DNA of 58,919 nucleotides, filler included, from Nemertoderma westbladi (taxonomy: Eukaryota > Animalia > Xenacoelomorpha): assembly GCA_032718475.1 (NCBI GenBank). It is 3 parts of 3 records of this genome, joined end to end, with 100 filler letters (N's around TTAATTAATTAA, not from the genome) between each part and the next. Parts side by side here need not be neighbours in the genome. Positions count along the whole stretch, not along the records: positions 19,027 to 35,036 come from JAUCBJ010004545.1; 2 more parts are not named here. The stretch is one strand, 5' to 3'. The position numbers and the translations under genes were made by a program. Positions 24,618 to 35,136 of this stretch are shown one piece after another. The notes below the pieces were generated by a model. That model had not been told where the DNA came from and ran no database searches. It was given only the letters and a program-made list of their open reading frames with translations. How positions within the stretch are numbered: position 1 is the stretch's first letter; every line of letters begins with the position of its first letter.

Positions 24618-26183
24618 CCCTATTAAACCCGGGGGGGGGGTCAATATGACCCCCCCCCCGTGGTTTTTTTATCATAATTCTGAAACAAACGCAGTTGGGA
24701 ATCTGAAATTTTATGACTTTTCCTAAAAATCTATTGTCTTCCTAGTAGTGAAAACCGTTTTCAAAAATATTGGGTACTTTTCTAGTTATAGCACCATTTT
24801 TTAACCCTACTTTTATCACTTTTTTTGAGACTTTTTTTGAAAATTACATTTCATTAAATATGAATTGTAACATCTCTATTTATTATTTCCACCGGTTTTT
24901 TGGTGTTAGAAATTTGATGGAATTCATATAAATTGATTTAGAAATTTCAAACTTGTTTTTTTCGGTGGGTGCCAAATTTTGGTGCCAGCACCAAATTTTG
25001 AAATAAGTCAATTTTGTAAATTAATCGTTTGAAACTTGTTTTTTACGCAATTTGGGTTTTTTGGGTTTCTGGACTCGATGAAATATATACGAGTTGCACC
25101 ATGCATATCAAACTTGTACTTTTCGGTGCTGTGTGCAAATTTTGGTGCTAGCACGTAATTTTGAAAATCCGTTCAATAGATAAAATTGCTTGTGACAACT
25201 TATTTCTTGCGTTTTAGAGGTTTATGGCTGTTCTGAATTCAATGGAAAATATAATTATCGAACTAGACATCTCAAACTTGTATTTTTCGGATGTGGGTGC
25301 AAAATGTGGTGCTAGCACCAAATTTTGAAAACCATCAAATATATCAATTGATTGTGTCACTTTGTTTCTTGCGTTATACGGGTTTGTGATGGTTCTGAAT
25401 TCAATGGAATCAGTAAAAATTTCATAAGAGTTCTCAAACTTGTATTTTTCGCCGGTGGGTGAAAATTGTTGTGCCAGCACCAAATTTTGGAAAATATGCA
25501 AATTGATAAGTAGATAGTATCACCTTGTTTCTTGCGTTATACGGGTTTAGGAGGGTCCTGAATCCGATGGAATCAATAAAAACAGCACTGGACATTGCAA
25601 ACTTGTACTTTTTGGTGATGGGTACGAAATTTGGTGCTAGCACCAAAATCTGCCAAAACACGCCGAAAAATACAAGTAGCAATGATCTGGCATATTAGAA
25701 ATGTATTCCATTAGAATCAGCACCCTCGAAAACCTGATAATGTGAATTTATAGCATCGTAAAAGTGAATTAAAAATTTTGTGTTCTAACTGAAAAGTGCT
25801 GGTTACTTGTTTTTTTCATTTTTTCTACGCAGAGAGGACTAAACAGCCATTTATAGTAATCATATCATTTTTTAATATTTTCCAATGTATTTTGCACCCT
25901 AGAAAACCTGTATTGAAAAATAATTAGCCGAAAATGTAACTTTCAAATTTGGTGAAAATTGTGCACTACTTGTAATTTTGGTGCTGCAATATAACCACCC
26001 CAGTACATTTTTTCGAAAATTTTTTTTTTCGGTCGGATCCAGACAAGTGATACCTACGTACAAACAAAAAATCAGACACTTTTGTAAATGTTTGTAGATT
26101 TTAGAGGGGGGGGGGGGGGGGGGGGGTCAATATGACCTCCTCCCGGTATTTGTACAACATTTTATAGCCCGGTACTAATAGGG
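24618..26183 (+). mobile_element. Non-autonomous piggyBac element
   Basis: TTAA TSD at 24614-24617 and 26184-26187. TIRs CCCTATTAAACCCGGG / CCCGGTACTAATAGGG. Internal ~165-bp degenerate repeats. Confidence 0.9.
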
Positions 26184-26589
26184 TTAAGGAAATGCAACCA
26201 CGAAGCAAAGGAAAATTAAACACACTTTGACTCATCAGTTCATTGATTTACCTAGTTAAAAGTCATATGTCTTAATTAAACTCCCATTACCATGGCAACT
26301 GGAGTTTTCTAGAAATACTTGAGAAATACTTTGTGGTTCCAGGTGACACAAATCGACATCAAGGAAGTTTCAGTGAGTAGTTGATATCCAAAATTAAGGA
26401 TGTATTTGTTAAAACACAAGCGGGTCATTACCGAACACTTTGAAATGGCAGAATGGCTGCGGGGCAGGAAATTCGAATATTTGCCGGTTAAGTATAGCAG
26501 TGTGCGGTATTACTGTATTATGCCTAGGACTATCTGCTATCTAGCTATCTGCTTGATATCTGGATACAGGGATATGTCCAGATGTCGTA

Positions 26590-26952
26590 AATATTACTGT
26601 CAGACTGTAGGCCTACCGATGTTATTGATACAAGTGATATATGGAGTATGGACGATTATTATTGCACATTGTGTAATATAAATATTACTGTCAGACTGTA
26701 GGCCTACCGATGTTATTGATACAAGTGATATATGGAGTATGGACGATTATTATTGCACATTGTGTAATAGAAACATTACTGTCAGACTGTAGGCCTACCG
26801 ATGTTATTGATACAGTGATATATGGAGTATGGACGATTATTATTGCACATTGTGTCATAGAAATATTACTGTCAGACTGTAGGCCTACCGATGTTATTGA
26901 TACAGTGATATATGGAGTATGGACGATTATTATTGCATATTGTGTAATAGAA
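26590..26952. repeat. 90/91-bp tandem repeat x4 containing the transposase start codon
   Basis: Units start at 26590, 26681, 26772 and 26862. Each has ATGGACGATTATTATTGC; only the last continues into the ORF. Confidence 0.92.
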
Positions 26953-29900
26953 GCTTTTCCCGACAATCGAACTTTAATGCCCACCAACGTAATGTTCACA
27001 ACGCGTATATAGAAGCCAAAGTAGGAAGAAGAAGGTCGGATGGTGCCAATACGAGTACCGGTACCGCTACTACAGTTCGTACGCCTATTATCTGCACCAT
27101 TTGTGGATCGAGTTTTACAAGAAATTCTACGTTATACGCACATGGAAGAACGGTGCACAATATGATAAATAAGTTTTCGCGTGGGCGGAAACAAAAGAGC
27201 GAATCATCCAAAATCGCTCAAGCTGATCAGGGCTCTTTACGTAATTTAATACATTGTCCTGCGAAAGGGAGTTGCAACTTCCACTGCAAACGAAGAAATG
27301 ATCTTATACAGCATTTTGCCGATGAACATGAAAGCGAGTTGCTTGAAGAGCAGAAATTAAGTTTTCAGTCAAAATCGGAGTTTTACACTTGGAAACAAGA
27401 GGAAGAATCGTCTACCCAACAGAGGTACAATTCTAATACCGGGCCCAGAAAGATAGTTAGCGAGGAAACTGTTGTGAGATACTTTACCTGCTTTAGAAGT
27501 GGAAACTACAAACCCCAAAATACTAAGAAAGAATCGAATGTTCAAGGATCATGTAAAATTAATAGTTTTTGTCCCGGGGCAATTACTGCACGCTTTCATA
27601 ATTCAGGTGCGTTATTATTTATTTTTTTAAAACTATTTTATATTCTTAAATTGTTACTTTTTGATCAGAATATCCCAAAATCGGGAGAAAAAGGACCATT
27701 TTTTCCCTAGGAAAAAAGTATCACTTTTCGAAAGTGCATCGAAGTAGAAAAGGTTTGCACATAATTTGAGCAAAATCAATGCACATACCAGTACTCAAAA
27801 GTTATTGCAACTTTAGTGTCTGCAAGAAGTACTCCAAAACGGAACTCAATATCCAACACAACGTAATTGTATTATGTGCGTGGGGTGAGCAAGTGGGGTG
27901 CGTGAGGTCTGTCAAATGCTAGTATGCTTATTTACAAAAACTGTTTTTTTCTTACACTAACTGACTTTAATAATTGTACTGTATTTGTTTTAGGAGTTGT
28001 TGATGTTACCTACCAGCCGAACCATGTAGGTCATGATTCTGAATTGTGCCACTTGAAGTTAACGATGCAAGAAAGAGTTGAAGTTGCAGGTAAACTTGCA
28101 GCCGGTATTTCAATGGATGATGTTCTGGACTCAGTACGCTTGGAACTTGATAATTCTAACGTTTCACGTTTGCACTTAATAACCAAACAAGACATTAAAA
28201 ATATTGCTCGTGATTTCGGATTAAACAGTGCCTACTTGTATCACAAGAATGACGCAGAGAGTGTAGCTGCGTGGATTGAAATAAATAAAGCCAGTGGTGA
28301 GAATGTTGTCCGATTCGCAAAGTTTCAAGGTGACAATGGGTGCGAATTACTAGATTCAAACGATTTTATGTTAATTATTATCTTCTACCTCCAACTTTAC
28401 ATGTTAAAAAAATATGGAATTGCCGGATCTGAAATTGCGATGGACTCAACCCACGGTCTGAACCAGTACGACTTTCAGTTGACAACACTCCTCGTGATTG
28501 ACGACCATGGAGAGGGATTTCCGGCATCATTTTGCTATAGTAATAAAGTTGATACGAGCGCTATGAAGGTTTTTCTTAATGTTGTAAAAGATACTATTGG
28601 TTACCCCCTCCTGGATATTGTGTTTATGAGTGATATGGCGGAATCATATTGGTTACCCCCTCCTGGATATTGTGTTTATGAGTGATATGGCGGAATCATA
28701 TGGGAATGCTTGGGTAGAAATAATGGGTAGGCCAAGCGTGACACTTTGGTGTGTTTGGCATGTGGATCGAGCCTGGAGGAAGAATCTTTCAAAAATATCT
28801 GGTAATTCCCTTCTTAAGGCCAATATTTACAAAAGTTTACGGTTTCTAATGGGAATCCAAGATAAAGAGGAGTTTCATAATTCACTGCAAATAGTATTGA
28901 GTGACCTTCTGTCAGATAAGAATACAGAAGACTTTGGGCGTTATTTCGAAACTACATATTCCAAAGTTCCGGAATATTGGGCTTACTGCTACCGAGTTGG
29001 CTTGAAGGTTCATCACAATATGCATCTGGAGGCCTTACACCGCACTATAAAGCATGTCTTTCTTGAAGGGCGTAAAGTCAAACGTCTGGACAAAAGTATT
29101 GAAACTCTAATGAAACTTATTCGATTCAAAGGATTTGATCGCCTTCTTAAATTACATAAAGGAAAACGCACTCATCATTTGTTGGGTATCACAAAGAGGC
29201 ACCAGGAGAGTCTGAAATTTGATTCACAGAATGTTTCGTTCACTGGTGCACATACTTGGGATGTCAAAAGTCTTTCCAATAGTGGTGAAGTATATACTGT
29301 GATGCACAATAATGCAGTTCACAGTTATATATCTTGTCCACTTCTATGTAAATACTGTGAAATATGCTGTCATACTTACGACTGCAGTTGTCCCGATAAC
29401 TCCTTGAGGCTTACAATATGTAAGCATATCCATTTAGTAGCCCGCACTAATCGGGGACCTTTTGATACTATTGGCAATGAAGACCATTCCAGAATAGACG
29501 TTCCAAGACCAGAAGAACCGTCCGTTTCCTTAACTTTCCCAATTGAAGAGATTGAATGCCAATCGACAGAAGTTGTTGAAGCTCCAATCAGTGAAACTAG
29601 CATAATTTTATCGAAACGGCATCTAGAAAATCTACACAATCTGAAATAAAAGAACGAATTGGGAAAGTTTTTTATGAAGTTATGGGGAAGTTAGAAACCA
29701 TTAATGACCAGGAAACACTCCTTTCTGTTGAGGAGAAAGCCAAATCCTTGCTGCCATTTGTGACGGCTCTAAGATCAAAGCCAAAACTACCCGTAATTCC
29801 TCTCAGTAGATCTCCTGTAAATAAGAAATCAGTTTTGCAGCGGCGTCTGTTTTCAACAAAGAAGCGAAGAGCAATTAAATCCACCCGTTTATTAAAGCCA

Positions 29901-30044
29901 GACATGCGCGAGCAATGGTTGATTAAACGATGCTTAGAGAATAAACAGCCAACCACTAATACATCGCGTTGCTCTCATCTATCTGACCATGGATATAATG
30001 AGCCTATCGCAAGCGAAACAAATTGTGACCATTTATATTTGTAA
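26919..30044 (+). pseudogene. MULE transposase (C2H2 fingers, WRKY/GCM1-like domain, DDE core, SWIM finger), two exons, frameshifted
   Basis: Exon 1 at 26919-27606, GT-AG intron 27607-27993. Motifs MDSTHGLNQYDFQL, FMSD, CVWHVDRAW, NMHLEALH and CSCPD...CKHIH. A 52-bp duplication (28595-28698) shifts the frame; a second shift lies near 29625. Confidence 0.9.
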
Positions 30045-30329
30045 TTCTTCATAAATGTGTATTTATTCAGTTATGTGTATACACTTCTGAACTGCTAATA
30101 TTATTAACCTTAACAAAAGTCTATTATTATCTACCACAGGGCCGTGGGGGGGGGGGGGGGGGGGGGGCTGCGTTGGATAGAAAAATTAGTTTTTAGTTGT
30201 ATACCAGCCCTTAATATTCTTTGCTGGGATTAATAAATAATTAACTAAGGGGGGGGGGGGGGGTTAGGGACCGTGGACCACCTCGTAGAGTCCCTCGTTA
30301 TTGCTGAACATACAGATTGGTAGTTAATT

Positions 30330-30416
30330 AGCAAAATTTATTGAACATCAAGGGGGCCCCAGGGGTTGAGGGCCTCGGTAGGGGAGCCACGGGCCAATAA
30401 AGGTTGAGAACCACTG
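30330..30416. mobile_element. hAT/Charlie-type MITE end inside the MULE
   Basis: Ends AAGGTTGAGAACCACTG (reverse complement CAGTGGTTCTCAACCTT). Confidence 0.5.
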
Positions 30417-30491
30417 CTCTAAAATATAAATCGGTTTTATCAACATAGCATCGGCTTGTAAACGATTAACGAGAAGTAGCAAAAAATCTTA

Positions 30492-30562
30492 GTCCATCCA
30501 AGGGCTTGAACTCGTACTTTTAATGATAAACTACAAACGGATTGTCCACTAGACCATCAGAC
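30492..30562 (-). pseudogene. tRNA-like / SINE-head remnant
   Basis: Minus strand GTCTGATGGTCTAGTGG (A box) ... GAGTTCAAGCCC (B box) ... TGGAC; anticodon arm degenerate. Confidence 0.5.
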
Positions 30563-32240
30563 ATTTAGAAGAATGCTTTGTATATCGAGGGATAACAGTG
30601 TATCGGATTTTAAGTTAAAACAGCTAGCTCGGCTAACCTTACGTATTCAAATTTCCCGCCCCGCAGCTATTCTGCCATTTCAAAGTGTTCGGTAATGACC
30701 CGCTTGTGTTAAAACATCAGTTTGCAGTGGTTGTCATGGAAACTGATAAATATAACAACGTTAATTGGATGCAGAATAAGTGATATAGTAGGGGTAGGGG
30801 TTGGTCCCAAGTCGTAATACCTTAATGTTATGGTTTAAATAATCATTTTATAAATTTGAACATCTGTTTAGCCTGGTTGCCCTGGTAACTGAATTTCTAA
30901 TTGACCTCAATAAGCGCAACTATTGTCCGTATCATTGAGTTGAATAACTTCAAGTTTCGATCCATTGTGGTTGCTGTACAAATAGAGTTAATAACATAGA
31001 CTTTAATGTAATAGATTTTAATAAACGCCAGTTATCATGGTAACTAGATATTTCTAGAAGATTTGAGTTTTTCAAAAAGTTCGAAATAGGAGCCCAGGTA
31101 ACACATGCCCAGTTTCAAAGAATGTTAACGTTTAGTCTATGTTTAAAATGTACAATTTTTGTGTCAAAACATCTGTTTCCAGCTGTTGCCATGGAAACTG
31201 AAAGATTGAACAACTTAATTCGGATACAGAATAAGTTATATAGTGGGGGTAGGGATTGGTCCCATGTCATAATACTTTTGCTTCAAATTATAATTTTATA
31301 AATTTCCAATCATGTTCGTCCATTACTTTTTCTCAAGCTATCCATGACAACGGTTATTCTGAAGTCACTTTGAAATTTTTGGAACATCCAAATTAGTTAC
31401 CGATACGGCTAAAAGGCGATTTTATCAAATGCCCTCTGTTTGTTTCTCTTAACTCCGGGTAGGAGGTTATTTGAAAGCACAACTGGATAATCTTTAATCA
31501 GTTTGACAAAGGCCATCTGGTCGTCGCCGTCGAGCTCTTCACTATCTGACATTCTGACAGTAATGTTATTTAAAGGCTACAGTGTTCAATGTGTGAATGT
31601 TATACAGTTATATGCCTCTAATGTATAAGAATAACTTAATACATAGTAGGCCTAAGGAATGTCAGGTACCGTACCGGTATTCAGGGCACGTATAAAAACT
31701 GTGCAATTTTATTCATATTACTGTATTATACTGTATTACTATCAATTTTATTGATCACATTTTCTAAAGATATTATATTTTCGCACCGTAAATTTCATTT
31801 GAAACTATATCTATCAACATGTTATTTCACACAATTCTGCACACTTTTATTTCAATTCAGCGCACTTTTACAGTGCACTTTTACAAATCCGCGCACAACG
31901 CAATGCGATTTTTGTAACCCATTAGCAGCTTGGCTGGTGTAGGCCTACCAAACGTAGGCTAACGGTTGAACGAGCGGCACCATTCACGCTCACGGTTGAC
32001 GTTTTTTGGGTATCACCAATTAAATTATACTGGTAACTAAATAGTCCATACAGCCAGACAGCCCTCCTGCGCTCCTGGTATTAATATACCAATTAGCTAC
32101 CGCATTACCGGTACCTATTATGCGTTATGTGTCAGGTACATAGGCCATGCCATGCCATAGGCTAGGTACTGAGGTAACAGTAGCCTCTGCATGTATTATT
32201 TCAGTATTTAGCAGTTTTAGCAGTTTATTAAGCAGTTTTA

Positions 32241-32346
32241 CTGTAGTGATTACTTCGGAAGTTGTAGTGGCACTTCAATTTATTTAGGAACGAAATAGAA
32301 CACTACGCACTACGAGCGTAGTGGCACTTCGAAGTGATCATTACGG
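32241..32346. mobile_element. Small Tc1/mariner-type MITE
   Basis: TA-flanked imperfect TIRs CTGTAGTGATTACTTCG / CGAAGTGATCATTACGG. Confidence 0.5.
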
Positions 32347-32379
32347 TATTTAGTATACTCCACATTGACTTCCAGGTTC

Positions 32380-33246
32380 ACCCCACAACATTAAGTAAGA
32401 ATCAGTGTAGCATTCGCATTTGTATTAGTGAGTTTGCTAGTAGTATTTATGATTTGTTCATCACCATTATTCTCCACTTACAGTAATGAAGATATATCAT
32501 GGCCCTGCCTACTATTAGGAGAGCCTCGCCCAATATCATAGTTTTTGATGGAAATCTATCATGTCTAAAAACATATGATCCACAAATTGTATCTTCAATA
32601 AAAGTTTCTGATAGAGTTTCTAATAACTAATTAATTCCCGCTTTAAAGATTTTACACCCAAAAATGGTGTTCATAATACAAATGATTCTGGAACAAACGC
32701 CCAAAAGATATCCGCTCGATCTCCGACACCACAATTTTTAAACAGCGACTCAAAACACATCTTTTTGAAATTGCATATAATTAAACTCCAAAACATGAAT
32801 TCTCTAATTATTTTATTCCAACTCTAGATATCCAATCAACTCTCCAAAAACTGTAAACTTCTTTCAATTTGTTCTTCATACGTTTTTTAGTGTTTGTTTT
32901 CATTTTATTACCCCATTGCTCGTTTTTATTGTTTCAGTACGTCCGTCAACTACACTTTTTAACTATGCTAATTAATTTTTTTTTATTACATATTTTTTAC
33001 TGTACGTTTCATTTACGGCGAGTATATATATCAATTTGTACTGTATGTTCCACTTTTTAACGATTGTAATAACTTTTAGTTATTTTGAACTGCACTTTTT
33101 ATCGTTAGTGACGACTATAATTTTTAATTTCTGTACTACTTGCACTGCTAGTTTTAATGTTATATTGCTTGTGACGTAAGCGCCTTAGCGTACTTCTATT
33201 GTTGTAAATTTGGCGCTATACAAATGCATTATTATTATTATTATTA
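32380..33246 (+). mobile_element. Decayed L2/CR1-clade LINE 3' end
   Basis: WNKRPKDIRSISDTTIFKQRLKTHLFEIAY from 32689 is a typical ORF2 C-terminus. Tail TAAGCGCCTTAG...GGCGCTATACAAAT(TAT)n. The 5' boundary is approximate. Confidence 0.75.
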
Positions 33247-33267
33247 TAATCTTAATTGTTTTTTCAG

Positions 33268-33431
33268 GATATCGATCAAACCTTAAACTTGAACTTATCC
33301 TCGGGCGCAATGTATTCTACTACATCATGCAGTGCTACATGCCGGCTCTCCTGGTTGTTATTCTGTCATGGGTTTCCTTCTGGATCGACCCCAGTAGTGT
33401 TCCTGCGAGGGCCTCGCTCGGAATTATGACC
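33268..33431 (+). CDS. Cys-loop chloride channel exon (end of loop C, M1, first half of M2)
   Basis: Acceptor ttttcag, donor gttagt, phase 1/0. Encodes (G)[54 protein letters not shown], with the PAR anion-selectivity motif. Confidence 0.95.
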
Positions 33432-33732
33432 GTTAGTTTTTTAATATACTGCATTTACTCATGTTTTGTTAATTACTCTTTGGTTACCGGTATATTAAAT
33501 GGAACCGGTGCATCGAGCTAATACTACATATCTTATAATATAATATCGTAGTATTTGGTGCGTCAGCAATATGTCTATGTCTAGCCTATACGGCCAGAGA
33601 ATTGATGGGCTGAGTTGTTGGCACAAAATGATTGCAAACACAAATGTCTTTTTTGGGTTGAAAAAAATTAATTTCATTTAATTTAAAATATTAAGGGAGT
33701 GGAGCAGAGAGAAGGGCAGAGAAGAGCAGGGA

Positions 33733-34336
33733 GAAAGATAATTTAATTCTCAGCTTGCATGCTAAAAATTAGGGTCCAATGCTAAAGTATAATAATTTTA
33801 TAGCAATTAAAAAATTATAATTTATCCAGCGTTAATCATCAGCTTTACAGCTATGTTTCCACTTTGAGGCAAGGGGAGCTCCTCGATAGTGGCAAAGGAT
33901 GTTGGCCCTTTAAAGGGCCATTTATGTTTGAGTATGTTACAGAATCACGAACCTCTTTAAAAGTAACATCTCTGATTCCGTCAACCATACGTTTTTCTTC
34001 AGAGTCATCGAAGATTGCACTGGAACTTGTCATTTTAATTACTTATTCTGTTAGGCCTTATTCAGTAAAATTACCAAAGAAACACTAATACCGGTAACTA
34101 ATTAATACTGTAATATATTTCAATACAGCAAAAGTCAGGCAGTAATAACTGTTTAAACAAGGCTGCAACCTGCAAATCTGATGACTAACGCTGTATAAAT
34201 TATATTTTTTTTTAATTGTGATTAAAACACAAATATTGAAAAGTAAGATAGGTTTAAAGAATTGCCTATAAAATTTTTATACTTTTGTATTCGACCCTAA
34301 ATTTTTGCATGCAAGCTCAGAATTAAAATCTCTTTC
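33733..34336. mobile_element. MITE-like element with ~75-bp inverted ends
   Basis: GAAAGATAATTTAATTCTCAGCTTGCATGCTAAAAATTAGGGTC... is inverted at ~34260-34336. Confidence 0.65.
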
Positions 34337-34692
34337 GAATGGTATATGTCTAATATATATATATATATATAATATAGTAGTTATAGTAGTTTGTAGTTAG
34401 GTTTCATTTTTGATAGGAGACTGGATCACATTGTTTCCATATATATATAATATATATATCTAAGGTGCATGTCTGGCAGTTTTGGCTGGCCGGGGGGGGG
34501 GGGGGGGGGGGGGGGAGGGGGGCAATCATTATGGAACACACGGTACAATTAACACATATACACTATAGAACACTATACAACAATATAAATGTGTCATTAG
34601 TCCCCCCCCCCAAGCTTGACTCACATTATTATTGATGCCAAATCTATAAACATGACATTTCTTGATTTTCTTCTTTTTTTATCTTCTTCAAG

Positions 34693-34881
34693 GTGCTCAC
34701 AATGGTAACATTAATGACATCTACTAATTCCAGCCTTCCCAAGTTGGGTTATGTTAAAGCTCTGGATGTGTTCTTTGTCATTTGCTTTTTCTATGTATTC
34801 ACAGCTCTCATTGAGTTTGCGTGGATTTGTTACTTCGCAAGACGACCTTCACCCCACCAAAAATTTCAAAACAAACCAAAG
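34693..34881 (+). CDS. Cys-loop chloride channel exon (second half of M2, M3)
   Basis: Long pyrimidine tract plus aag acceptor, donor gtaggt, 189 bp. Encodes VLTMVTLMTSTNSSLPKLGYVKALDVFFVICFFYVFTALIEFAWICYF..., resembling RDL '[25 protein letters not shown]'. Confidence 0.95.
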
Positions 34882-35036
34882 GTAGGTGGTATTCATTCAC
34901 ATTCAACAGTTATTCCGTTCAAAGGTTTACATTAATTTCATACAATTATGAGACATTGTAGGGCCTTATCGCCCCTTGCGCCTTTATCGCCCCTGGACCT
35001 TATCGCCCCCTGCGAACATATCGCCCCTTGGGAACA

Positions 35037-35136
35037 NNNNNNNNNNNNNNNNNNNNNNNNNNNNNNNNNNNNNNNNNNNNTTAATTAATTAANNNNNNNN
35101 NNNNNNNNNNNNNNNNNNNNNNNNNNNNNNNNNNNN
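35037..35136. other. Artificial contig spacer
   Basis: N44 + TTAATTAATTAA + N44. Confidence 0.97.

Larger units (their letters stand above)
26417..30706 (+). mobile_element. Full-length Mutator-like (MULE) DNA transposon, 4.3 kb
   Basis: ~63-bp TIRs starting CAAGCGGGTCATTACCGAACACTTTGAAATGGCAGAAT. TSD TGTTAAAACA at 26407-26416 and 30707-30716; the exact boundary is ambiguous by 1-2 bp because the target is near-palindromic. Confidence 0.92.
24597..31440 (+). mobile_element. Helentron/HINE-like non-autonomous element split by two later insertions
   Basis: Removing 24618-26187 restores ACTAGAAGG-GCATTTCCTTAAGGAAATGC (perfect 20-bp palindrome). Subterminal inverted copy AAATGCCCTCT at 31427-31437. 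~455-bp internal repeats from ~30715 and ~31170. Confidence 0.6.

Noticed and set aside
14989-34523. Poly-G/poly-C tracts as functional G-quadruplex elements
   Set aside because: They mostly fall within transposon remnants and homopolymer lengths are unreliable; no independent support
18927-35136. TTAATTAATTAA motifs, and any gene cluster spanning the N blocks (e.g. calcineurin B + receptor + CFAP70)
   Set aside because: The identical N44-linker-N44 spacers indicate artificial concatenation, so linkage across them cannot be inferred
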